A DNA stretch of 64,000 nt from Pyrobaculum sp. (lineage in GTDB: Archaea > Thermoproteota > Thermoprotei > Thermoproteales > Thermoproteaceae), in the NCBI GenBank assembly GCA_041287325.1, contig JBEULK010000076.1, positions 2,852-66,851 on the forward strand, in the 5' to 3' direction. Of this stretch, positions 54,440 to 63,361 are shown piece by piece. Numbering within the stretch: position 1 is the stretch's first letter; every line of letters starts with the position of its first letter. The translations under genes were made by a program, and so were the position numbers. Below the pieces are notes generated by a model. The model worked only from the letters and a program-made list of their open reading frames with translations. It was not told the DNA's origin and did no database searches.

Positions 54440-56140
54440 TTAGAAGTCGGGAGCGTATGGCTCCGGCGTGGTGGCCGCTCCTTTGTCTGCTTGAGAGACA
54501 AGGGCGGCGTATTTGGCCAGAAGGCCGCCTCTGTACTTCGGCTTAGGCGGCTCCCACCTCCTTCTTCTCTGTTCTAACTCCTCCTGGGGAACTTCAATTT
54601 TCAACAGCCCAGCCTCTCCGTCTATTACAATTTTGTCTCCGTTTTCTACAAGCGCTATGGGGCCTCCCACGGCTGCTTCGGGGGCGACGTGGCCTACCAT
54701 TATGCCCCTCGTCGCTCCGGAAAACCTGCCGTCTGTTATCAACGCCACTACTTCGCCAAGACCTGCGCCGACTATGGCGGCGGTTACTTTTAGCATCTCG
54801 GGCATGCCGGGGGCGCCCCTCGGCCCCTCGTACCTAATCACAACTACGTGTCCCGGCCTTACCTCGCCCGAGACCACCGCCTTGAAGGCCTCCGCCTCCC
54901 CGTCGAAGACGAGGGCCCTCCCCTCGAACTTCAACACGTCGGCTGCCCCTATCTTCATGACGGCGCCGCTAGGCGCCAAGTTGCCCCACAGTATGCGTAT
55001 GCCGCTGTAGGGCTTGTACGGTCTCTCCACGTCGTAAAGCACGCCAGCCTCAGACACAGCAGGCGGTTGCCAGCGCTCGAGGAGCTTTCCCATCGGCTCC
55101 CCCTCTACTGTGAGGGCCTCCGGCCTTATGAGGCCGGCCTTGTACAGCTTTTTCAAAAGCCGGGGGACTCCGCCTACTCTGTCTAGGTCTTGCATGGCGT
55201 AAGGACCTGCCGGCCTCAGCGCGGCTATCACTGGCACTTTTCTGCTAATCTCGTCGAAGTCTTTCAACGTGAATTTTACGCCGGCTTCGTGGGCGATGGC
55301 TAGTAGGTGGAGTATCGCGTTTGTCGAGCCAGCCGTGGCGAACAACACAACCGCGGCGTTGTAGAGGGCGTCATATGTGACCACGTCCCTCGGCCTTATG
55401 CCCAGCTCCGCGGCTTTCAAGACCGCCTTCCCTGACTCCGCGGCGTATTTCCTCCTCCTGGCAGACGTGGCGGGAGGCGAGGCGGAGCCGAGGAGGGAGA
55501 GGCCCAGCGCCTCGCCTATGAGTGCCATGGTGTTGGCGGTGAACATGCCCTGGCACGTCCCGTAGGTGGGGAAGGACAGCTCCTCTATGCGCCTAAGCTC
55601 CTCCAGCGTGATCTTCCCAGCGTGGTAGGCGCCCACGGCCTCAAATACGTCCTCGACGGTGAGCTCTCTCTCGCCCAGCCACCCCGCCTCGGCTGATCCT
55701 CCGTAGAGATACACCGCGGGGATGTTTAGCCTAACCATCGCCATCATTAACCCAGGCTGCGTCTTGTCGCAACCTCCTATCCCCACCCACGCGTCTACGC
55801 CGTGGGCGTTGATCTGCGCCTCTACGCTGTCTGCGATGAGGTCTCTGCTTATTAAAGAATACCGCATGCCAGGAGTCCCCATGTTAATTCCGTCGTTCAC
55901 CACGATGGTAGGCGCGGCCAAGGCCACTCCCCCCGCCTCCTTCACGCCCTCTTTCACGTACTTCACGAGGTCTAGGGTATGGAAGTTGCAGGGGCCCAGC
56001 TCAGACCAAGAGGCCACCACGCCGACAAGCGGCTTGCCGAAGTCCTCCTCAGTGAACCCAACTGCGCGCAGATAAGACCTGTGAGGGGCGTTGTCGACGC
56101 CGTCATACCACAGGGAGGACCTTATCTTTACCTTAACCAT
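54440..56140 (-). CDS. ilvD: dihydroxy-acid dehydratase
   Basis: 566 aa. IlvD/Edd signatures ([18 protein letters not shown]). Confidence 0.95.
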   Translation of the reverse strand: MVKVKIRSSLWYDGVDNAPHRSYLRAVGFTEEDFGKPLVGVVASWSELGPCNFHTLDLVKYVKEGVKEAGGVALAAPTIVVNDGINMGTPGMRYSLISRDLIADSVEAQINAHGVDAWVGIGGCDKTQPGLMMAMVRLNIPAVYLYGGSAEAGWLGERELTVEDVFEAVGAYHAGKITLEELRRIEELSFPTYGTCQGMFTANTMALIGEALGLSLLGSASPPATSARRRKYAAESGKAVLKAAELGIRPRDVVTYDALYNAAVVLFATAGSTNAILHLLAIAHEAGVKFTLKDFDEISRKVPVIAALRPAGPYAMQDLDRVGGVPRLLKKLYKAGLIRPEALTVEGEPMGKLLERWQPPAVSEAGVLYDVERPYKPYSGIRILWGNLAPSGAVMKIGAADVLKFEGRALVFDGEAEAFKAVVSGEVRPGHVVVIRYEGPRGAPGMPEMLKVTAAIVGAGLGEVVALITDGRFSGATRGIMVGHVAPEAAVGGPIALVENGDKIVIDGEAGLLKIEVPQEELEQRRRRWEPPKPKYRGGLLAKYAALVSQADKGAATTPEPYAPDF

Positions 56141-56531
56141 AATACGCCACTTTAACTAATTTAAATACCTGTCCTCCGCCAGACAAACCCGTCAACACGG
56201 CGCCCGGAGAGTAGTCGCATGCGTCGACCCCGTTGTCTAGCGAGCGTTGTAAAACCGTGCCGCCGTTAAGCGAGGTATATGCGCCTAGGCTTCCGTCGAG
56301 TTAGCGCCTTGGGGTGTCGCCGTAAAAGAGCTTAACAGCTAGTAGAGGGCGTGGCAACTGCCGCCTCGTTGACATGAGCTCGTGAGGCGACCGTAGAGGC
56401 CTACAATTGCTAGGACGTCGCCTAGAAGTTGTTAGACGCTGGCGGCGTGGTTGCTTTAGAGTTTTAAGAGGCGGTCTGCCGAGCGTTGTGTTTATTTAAG
56501 GAAACATTTTTCTAGGTAATTTGTTTCCTAT

Positions 56532-57746
56532 GTGGAACATGTCTTTAGAGAGCTGTTAGAGGAGTGGCTAAGCGGCGAGAAGCCGAGGGTTGTGGAGAGG
56601 GAGATATCTGCAGTTTTAGAGCCTGGACTAGCCTTTGCAGTCGTGGGGCCGCGGAGGGCGGGGAAGACGTACTTCTTGTACCAACTAGCCTCAAGCCGCG
56701 GCGGGTTTTATTTTAATTTTGAAGACGTCCGACTGGCTGGGCTAAAGCCGCGGCACTTCTCATCTTTTTTAAAAGTACTTTCTGAATACGGCGCGGGCAG
56801 AGGCGCGTTGCTCCTCTTAGACGAGGTACAGAACATCCCGGCGTGGGGGCGCTGGGTCAGGTCGCTCCTCGACAGAGGTTTCCAAGTGGCGTTGGCCGGG
56901 TCAAGCGCCAGGCTGAGGGCAGGAGAGGTGTCCACAGAGCTGAGGGGGAGGTACATATCACGTCTGTTACTGCCCTTCTCATTTAGAGAATTTCTAAAGG
57001 CCAGGGGCATCTCGGCGGCGGAGGCGCGGCACCCAGAGGCCAGGGGGAGGCTTCTGTCTACGCTGAGGGAGTATCTAGAACTCGGCGGCTACCCCGAGGC
57101 AGTTTTAAAGCCGGAGCTAGGCCCCACGTTGCTTAAGATGTACAGAGACACTGTCGTGTACAGAGACGTGGTGGAGAGACACAGAGTGAGAGACCCCCGG
57201 GCACTTGAGGTCTTCCTACACCTCGTGGAGTCGTCGTTTGCAAGACCCTTCTCAATATCGTCGGCATACAGAGCCATGAGGGGGGCCGGCTTTGAAAAAA
57301 GTAAAAAGACTCTTGCGGCTTACCTCCACTACTTAGAAGAGGCGTATTACGTAGTAGCCGTGCCTAAGCTCGGCCCCGGGAAGACGCCGCTGACGCAACC
57401 CAGGAAGATATACCCAATCGACCCAGGATACGTCAAGGACTTCAGCAAAAAGATGGAGGCGGCAGTCGCCCTAGAGCTAATACGCAGGGAAAAGAGCCCC
57501 ATGTATTATAGAGAAAAGAGAGAAGTCGACTTCTGCATACCTGACGACAGGACTTTTATACAAGTGACCTACGCCTCTGCGTGGGACGAGGTAGAGAAAA
57601 GAGAAATAGAGGCGCTGGCCGAGGCGACTACAAAGTACGGAGGCAAGGCGCAGTTAATAACATGGGACTTAGAGGGGACGCTTGTCAAGGGAGGCACGGC
57701 CGTAGAGGCAGTTCCTCTCTGGCGGTGGCTAGTTGAAAAACGGTAA
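56532..57746 (+). CDS. AAA-superfamily ATPase (COG1373/DUF4143-like)
   Basis: 404 aa with a GTG start. Walker A GPRRAGKT, Walker B LLLLDEVQ, and a C-terminal DUF4143-like region. Confidence 0.72.
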   Translation: MEHVFRELLEEWLSGEKPRVVEREISAVLEPGLAFAVVGPRRAGKTYFLYQLASSRGGFYFNFEDVRLAGLKPRHFSSFLKVLSEYGAGRGALLLLDEVQNIPAWGRWVRSLLDRGFQVALAGSSARLRAGEVSTELRGRYISRLLLPFSFREFLKARGISAAEARHPEARGRLLSTLREYLELGGYPEAVLKPELGPTLLKMYRDTVVYRDVVERHRVRDPRALEVFLHLVESSFARPFSISSAYRAMRGAGFEKSKKTLAAYLHYLEEAYYVVAVPKLGPGKTPLTQPRKIYPIDPGYVKDFSKKMEAAVALELIRREKSPMYYREKREVDFCIPDDRTFIQVTYASAWDEVEKREIEALAEATTKYGGKAQLITWDLEGTLVKGGTAVEAVPLWRWLVEKR

Positions 57747-58149
57747 GACGAGGGCTACGACGAGGCGGGCAGAGCCGCAGTTAAGTTAACCAGAGTTACC
57801 AGCCCAAGGGCCGAGCAAGTCGTTCTCTAAGACAAGCCTCACAAAAATAGAGAGGGCATGAGAAAAATAGCCAATTCGGCGTCTCCCACAAATCTTGTTA
57901 AAGAGGAGATGGCGGATTTTGTAAAAATTGCCGCGGGTTGCTGGCGTTTTAGTAGGAACACGTCAAGTTTCTAATAATAGCCGCCGGGGTGGGCTACGTA
58001 CTGTACCTGTTACTCCTGTCCTACGCGCCGATACTCTGGGCCGTCTTGACGGCGGCCGCAGTGGCTGTGAGCCACGGCAACGTCTTCGCAGTGCGGCGCC
58101 TATCCAAAGGCTCGGGGCTGAGAATCGGAGAGATCGCGACCCCCTCACA

Positions 58150-58440
58150 CGCTTGAAGGAAAGGGCGCCGATGCCTCAATCATAGCCAACGTCCCCCAGC
58201 CGGGCTCGGCTCTCCAGCCCGAGTCCGGACCGCGCCTCTGCGCAACTCCTAGGGCCTCCCACGCCAGCCGCCCGCACGGTCGAGCCCCGCCCTCGCGCCA
58301 CAGCCGAGCGGAGGCGGTCCGCGGTCGGCATACGTGAGGAGTCCGCCCACATCGACATCTCGGCTCGATGTACACGACAGCTCTCCCTACCGCCGGCCCT
58401 TTCTCCCCGGCTTTCCGCATTGCGGCGTTGACGCTGTTTA
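58150..58440. other. GC-rich stretch without a credible ORF, several perfect hairpins
   Basis: Only low-complexity Arg/Gly/Ala-rich frames on the minus strand. Hairpins include CCGGGCTCGG-N9-CCGAGTCCGG (58199-58227, + strand). Confidence 0.3.
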
Positions 58441-59079
58441 ATACGTGCCGGTAGAGGCTCCGCGCCGCGTGCGGGCGTTATCCACAAGCCTTAGAGTCGT
58501 CATGGGAAAAAACATAGAGGCTATCAAGAGGGCAGTGAAGGGAATTGCCAGGATCAGCCTCCTCTTGAGCTCTCTGACCTCCTCATCGACTACCCTCCTG
58601 TCTATATCTACGTCTACCTTCCCCCTCTCGACCCCGCGGACCTTATAGCAAGCCTCCTCGACGGCCTTGGCGACCTCCTCAGCGGTGACCTCTAGAGGGT
58701 TGTACTCGACGTAGAGCACTCCAGCAGCCGGATTGACCGAGGCGCTGAACACCCCCCAGATCCTCGCCGCTCTCTCTACAGCTGCAGTCTCCTCCGGTCG
58801 AAAGCCCGCCAGCGCTATATGGGCGGACTCCCTATATATGTCATAGCCGGCGCGTCTCACCGCTCTGAGTAGCTCGCTGTAGTCCAAGGTGGAGGGGTCC
58901 ACAACTACCCGCGCCTAGTTGCTAGCCAGCGACGTCTCGGCCCACTTGACTCCTCTGGCCGAGAGGACAGCCTTCTGCACGGTCAACGAGCAAGTGGCGC
59001 AGTGCATGCCCAATATCTTAAGGACGACCTCCCGCCCCTCTACCTTTACGCCTATCTTAACCCCGCCGAACTCCTCCAT
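58438..59079 (-). pseudogene. copA: copper P-type ATPase (CopA) N-terminal remnant: in-frame TAG, truncated after TM1
   Basis: Hand translation from the ATG at 59079: MEEFGGVKIGVKVEGREVVLKILGMHCATCSLTVQKAVLSARGVKWAETSLASN*ARVVVDPSTLDY.. The stop (TAG, 58915-58917) is in frame with ORF 58438..58902, which holds a second HMA-like domain and a first TM helix, then diverges and stops. The remaining roughly 600 aa of a CopA are absent. Confidence 0.7.
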
Positions 59080-59093
59080 GAAACGGCCCTCAG

Positions 59094-59260
59094 CTAACGG
59101 TGCGGCATCCCCTGAGGCCCGTGGGTCAAATAGAACTCGGGCCTCCTCTCGAACTCCTCCTTACATACAGCCGAACAGAGTACACCTTACCCCTATATAA
59201 TCTTTTGTACTTGGCCGTGGCGGGATCTACTTGCATCCCACACACCGGATCTATCTCCAT
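59094..59260 (-). pseudogene. YHS/TRASH-type metal-binding protein (CopM-like) with a 1-nt frameshift
   Basis: The ATG at 59260 gives MEIDPVCGMQVDPATAKYKRLYRGKVY, after which the frame breaks. The +1 frame continues CSAVCKEEFERRPEFYLTHGPQGMPHR*. Restoring one T at about 59177-59180 (TAC TCT to TAC TTC TGT) gives the canonical ..GKVYFCS..C..F...P..Y. Confidence 0.7.
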
Positions 59261-59278
59261 GAGCCTCTCTATATTATT

Positions 59279-59290
59279 CTTATATAAAAA
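59279..59290 (-). promoter_or_regulatory. TATA-like box for the YHS/copA remnant unit
   Basis: The minus strand reads TTTTTATATAAG, centred about 25 nt upstream of the ATG at 59260. Confidence 0.4.
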
Positions 59291-59314
59291 GCCTTGTCCT
59301 CTGCATCCACCTAT

Positions 59315-59584
59315 TCAACCCCGACAGGTCAAAACGAGGCTGGCCCTTGTGGTAAAAAAGTCTGTTTTCGGTTGAAAAAGACGCCTATAGAGCCACACAA
59401 CCGCCATCACGGCCAGGAAAAGCGCGAATGCGACAAGGCCAAATAGTGCCCAAAGGAAGCCCCCTCCCCACCAAGGCCCCCACCACCATATACACGGGCA
59501 CATTTGGGCGTGCGCTAAAACAGGTAGCAACGCCAATGCGTCCCGATCCTCCACCTCTTCATGGGGCATTGCTCGTCGCTCCAT
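59315..59584 (-). CDS. possible small Trp/Gly-rich single-pass membrane protein with CPC motif
   Basis: 89-aa ORF: ..MCPCIWWWGPWWGGGFLWALFGLVAFALFLAVMAVVWLYRR.. It lies in GC-rich DNA, where chance ORFs are common. Confidence 0.3.
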   Translation of the reverse strand: MERRAMPHEEVEDRDALALLPVLAHAQMCPCIWWWGPWWGGGFLWALFGLVAFALFLAVMAVVWLYRRLFQPKTDFFTTRASLVLTCRG

Positions 59585-59639
59585 TATAAACCTCTGCTGA
59601 AACTCAAAACGATATGCGGTTTCTTGTTGGAGAAACCCT

Positions 59640-60260
59640 CTAGAGGCCGACTCTCCTGTCTCTCATCTGGGGCCTGCCGAAGTCGAACCTCTCCTCCCTC
59701 CAGGGGTCTGCATTTAGCGAATAGCCTAAGGCCTCCCAATATCCCGGCGTCGGCTGTTCCAACACCTCAAGGGCGCCGAAGTACTTCACGCTCTTCCACG
59801 CATAGCGGGTAGGCACCACCAGCCTCGCAGGCGCGCCGTGTTTCTTGGGCAGAGGCGCCCCGTTCACGGCCCACGCGACGACGCTGCCCTCCTCCAACAG
59901 CGCCTCCAGCGGAAGCGACGCGCTGTAGCCGTCTATGCCCCACGCCAAGGCGTAGGGCCCGTAGGGCCTCGCCTCTTCTAGAAGGACTCTAGCCTGGACC
60001 CCCCTCCACACCACCCTCTCGACCGACCAGCCAGTCACGCAGTGGAAAGGCGCCACGACGTCTACACATGGGTATTTCCTCTGTAGGTCAGAGAGCGGCA
60101 CTTCGAGGGGTCTCTCCACCATGCCCACTATCCTGATGATGTGCCTCTCCGGCGGAACGTCCGGCGGCTCGAAGACGTCGTACACGACGAAGCGGTGCGC
60201 CTTGACTTGGTTGGGAGGCCAAGTCCTCTCGATTCTGACTTCAGAACAGTCCATATACAA
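59640..60260 (-). CDS. molybdopterin-binding oxidoreductase domain protein (sulfite-oxidase/YedY-like)
   Basis: 206 aa. FHCVTGWS, NGAPLPKKHGAPARLVVP..YAWKSVKY. Confidence 0.75.
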   Translation of the reverse strand: MYMDCSEVRIERTWPPNQVKAHRFVVYDVFEPPDVPPERHIIRIVGMVERPLEVPLSDLQRKYPCVDVVAPFHCVTGWSVERVVWRGVQARVLLEEARPYGPYALAWGIDGYSASLPLEALLEEGSVVAWAVNGAPLPKKHGAPARLVVPTRYAWKSVKYFGALEVLEQPTPGYWEALGYSLNADPWREERFDFGRPQMRDRRVGL

Positions 60261-60469
60261 GCCTCGAGGTGTACATTTAAAGATAGTGGCGGGCGAGGGG
60301 GACTACGCTAGAGGGGCCCTCCGCCCATGTAGGTGGCGCTCAACGGAGGTGGCGTCGACGCGATTATGGGGAGGTCGTCAGACCGGCCCGACTGTTGGAT
60401 GGCGAAAAGGCGACCGACTCCCAACATCTGCCTCAATGTTTTTATAACTGGTGGCACTACCAGTTACTG

Positions 60470-60900
60470 GTGGTACTGCCAGCCTACTTCAAACTGGAGC
60501 CTAAGGAGAGGCTGGAGGAACTCTATGACTTCGAGGAGGAGTTGCTGAGGCTTAAGTCCGGCTACGAGACCGCGCGCGTCGTCGCCGTGCTGGGGCTCAG
60601 GAGGACGGGAAAGTCGAGCCTGGTGAGGACGTTTCTCAACGCGTATCAAATACCCCACATCTACGTGGACCTCCGCAGGGCGGTCGCAGAACAAGGCAGG
60701 GCCACCAAAAGGGGCGTGTGGAGGGAGCTCGGGCGCGCCCTATCTGCCTTTTTGGAAGGGAGCAGGGGCCTCGGGAGGAGGCTCATGCGCCGCCTCGCTA
60801 AAATCAAGGGCGTATCTCTATCTGTGGAGCCTTTGTCCGTGTCGTTGGAGTGGAGTAGAGAGGCGCCCGCTCTGACCGACCCGCTCATGGAGAGAGCGCC
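60470..60900 (+). pseudogene. Arch_ATPase-family (PF01637-like) ATPase, N-terminal fragment only
   Basis: ..DFEEELLRLKSG....VVAVLGLRRTGKSSLVRTFL...IPHIYVDLR.. Recognisable for about 140 aa, then degenerates. The convergent oxidoreductase gene ends at 60989 where the rest should be. Confidence 0.5.
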
Positions 60901-60988
60901 GAATTCCTCTCGGCGGCCGGAGGCCTATGGAGCTCCAGGCCGGCGGATAGGCGCCCGGGCTTTTAGAGACCTGGGGGGAACGCCGCGC

Positions 60989-61969
60989 CTAGGCCTGGCG
61001 CGTCTGCCGGCCACCCCCCGTCAGGGACTTCCAGACCGAGTCCTTCCACAAGTCGTATAGGCCTTTGAGGTGGGCAAGGGGGGTCCCTGTGGTCATCTTA
61101 TAGATGAACCATCTGAGAAACTTGTCTTTGTCCCCCTCGAGGGTCCACGTGCCCATCTCCACCTCGAATGCGCCTGTCTTTAGTTCTTGTGCGAGCGCTT
61201 TTGCTAGCGTCGATGCTTGCCACAAGGCGCCCCAGCCGATAGGCGGGAGGCCCAGCTTGACTAGAGAAGAATCGCCGATGAGGTAGACCCGCTCGTACTG
61301 AGTCTCAAAAGTAGCCGGATCCACCTCAAGACTCACGGCAAGAGGATGGGGCCGCAAGACCGGGACCGATATGGACAGGTCGCCTTTGCCCATGCGGGGG
61401 AGCTCCTCGGACACCTCAATTCCTATCTGTTCGGCCCATTTGCGCCAAGCCTCCAGCAGAGGCGCGTAGTCGTCGCTTATATAGACCAGATGGACCGATA
61501 CGTCCTTCTCGGGAAATCTAGTCTTTATGGAGTACGCCAGCTCTTGGAACCCTATTACGGGGTTGAAGTCGTTGGCTATAAACCTAACCCCGGCGGCCTT
61601 GACAACCTTGGAGTAGAGCTCCTGCGCGCCGCCTACGCTCCAATACTCGGCGCTACCGACCTTATAGCCGCCCGGCGCGAGCACCACGTAGTCGCCGCAT
61701 ATGGAGTGGACGGCCCCGGAGGAGATTCTGACGCATCTGCCCTCCACCACGACGGCCCTCCCACTGACGAACTGCGCCCTTTTGATCTCCTTAAAGGGGA
61801 AGACGAGGTCTTGAAACTCCACGAGGCCGGCGAAGGCCATGGGGATGCCTATAGGGAACTCGTGGAAGTCTTTGTAGTCTATAACGACGACCTCGGCGCT
61901 GGTGTGTTGGAGCAACCTGTACGTGAAGTAGAGCCCCGCCACGCCTCCCCCTACAACGACAATCCTCAC
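60989..61969 (-). CDS. FAD-dependent pyridine-nucleotide-disulfide oxidoreductase family protein (SQR/NDH-2-like, short)
   Basis: 326 aa. N-terminal MRIVVVGGGVAGL dinucleotide fold, GD motif (VYLIGDSS). Confidence 0.68.
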   Translation of the reverse strand: MRIVVVGGGVAGLYFTYRLLQHTSAEVVVIDYKDFHEFPIGIPMAFAGLVEFQDLVFPFKEIKRAQFVSGRAVVVEGRCVRISSGAVHSICGDYVVLAPGGYKVGSAEYWSVGGAQELYSKVVKAAGVRFIANDFNPVIGFQELAYSIKTRFPEKDVSVHLVYISDDYAPLLEAWRKWAEQIGIEVSEELPRMGKGDLSISVPVLRPHPLAVSLEVDPATFETQYERVYLIGDSSLVKLGLPPIGWGALWQASTLAKALAQELKTGAFEVEMGTWTLEGDKDKFLRWFIYKMTTGTPLAHLKGLYDLWKDSVWKSLTGGGRQTRQA

Positions 61970-62005
61970 GTATAAGTAAAAGGGAGGGATATTAATTACT
62001 TGTAG

Positions 62006-63314
62006 TTAGGACTTACCGTACAGCCTCCTTGCTGTTAATATCAATATGGACGAGAGGGCCACCGAGCCCGCTAGGAACAACAAGCCGGCGTAGCTGGAGC
62101 CTGTGGTCTGATTTATCCAGCCCACCATATAGGGCCCCAAATAGCCGCCGAGATTGCCCACGGAGTTCACAAGGCCCACCGCCCTCGCCTCGCCGGTCAA
62201 CATGCCCTGTTGGATGGGCCAGAAGGGCGGGTAGAAGCCGTACTGCCCCATGGCGGCTAGGATCAGCGCGAGGAAGGCCAGAAGCGGCGCGACGGGGGCG
62301 GAGTAGCCCACCGCGACGTAGCCTACAGCCGCGAAGATCAGAGGCAGGGCGGCATGGAGGAAGCGCTCGCTCCTCCTATCCGACGAGCGGCCCACCAGGA
62401 GCATTGCGGCGAGCGCGAAGGCGTAGAGGACTGCGTTGAGGACGCCGACGAGGACGGGGGTTCCCGCCTGTGAGCGCCTTGATCACAGTAGGCGACCATA
62501 CAGTTATGCCGTAGAGGCCTGTAGTGGCCGTGAAGTATATAGCCGCCAGCAACCACGGGCCGGGATGTGTGAGGCCGGCCTTCCAGTTTATCCGCTCTGG
62601 GGGATGCAACTCTCTCTCTGGCGAGCTCCGCCTCCAGCCACGTCTTCTCCTCCTGCGTGAGCCATCCGGCCTCTTTAGGCCAGTCGGGCATGGCGAAAAG
62701 CACCACGAGCCCCCAGAGGACTGACGGAATCCCCTCGACGATAAATACCCAGCGCCACCCCGCAAGGCCCAGCCAGTTCTGCGTCAACAGCCAGCCCGAC
62801 AGCGGCGACTGGATTACGTTGGCTACCGCGAGGGCGCTCATGAAGAGGCCCTCGCCCTCTCCTCCTGTAGGAACCAGTGGGTTAGATAAACGATTATGCC
62901 CGGGAAGAAGGAGGCCTCAGCGAGGCCCAAGGCGAATCTGGCTATATAGAGCTGGGTCTTGTCTTGCACCAGCCCGGTGAGGGCCGCCACGATGCCCCAA
63001 CTTATCAATATGCGCGCCGCTCACTTCCTGGCGCTCCACCTCTCGACTATATAGGTCCCCGGTATCTCCAATATGAAGTAGCCGATGAAGAAGATGCCGG
63101 CGGCGAGGCCCAGCTCAGCCTGCGTCAGGCCTAGGTCCTTCTGCATGGCGAGGCCCGCGACGCCTATATTGACCCTATCAATAAAGGCCAGTAGATATGC
63201 GATCAATATCACCGGCATTATGTATTTCCACTCTTTACTTAATACTAAATCTCTATCAACCATACATTTTTGAAAGCGCCTATTTATAAATATTATTTTT
63301 AACGACGGGCCCAA
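62006..63314 (-). pseudogene. MFS transporter (anion:cation symporter-like) with one in-frame TGA and at least three frameshifts
   Basis: Pieces read in order across three frames: ..FIDRVNIGVAGLAM..ERWSARK*AARILISWG..FFPGIIVYLTHWF..EERARA / MSALAVAN..PLSGWLL..GWRWVFIVEGIP / INWKAGL..YGITVWSPTVIKALTGG / PVLVGVLNAV..GRSSDRRSERF..VNSVGNLGGYLGPY. Confidence 0.78.
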
Positions 63315-63361
63315 AAGATAAAATTTGGGCCGGCCGGCTCCGACGTTCAGTAATCACCACG

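Noticed and set aside
58150-58440. The GC-rich block as SRP (7S) RNA or the minimal Pyrobaculum-type RNase P RNA.
   Set aside because: I could not find the helix-8 GNAR loop with the AGCA motif of SRP RNA, nor the CR-I (GAGGAAAGUCC) and CR-V (ACAGAA..GGCUUA) elements of RNase P. Only a loose GCGGAAAGCCGGGG resemblance exists on the minus strand. It is kept only as an unclassified candidate.
58915-58917. The in-frame TAG in copA (and the in-frame TGA at 63021-63023 in the MFS gene) as programmed recoding (pyrrolysine or selenocysteine).
   Set aside because: Both genes carry additional lesions (truncation, several frameshifts). The TGA replaces a family-conserved Trp codon (TGG to TGA). No Pyl or Sec machinery or SECIS-like context is visible, and these systems are not known in this lineage. 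Simple nonsense mutations or sequence errors are far more likely.
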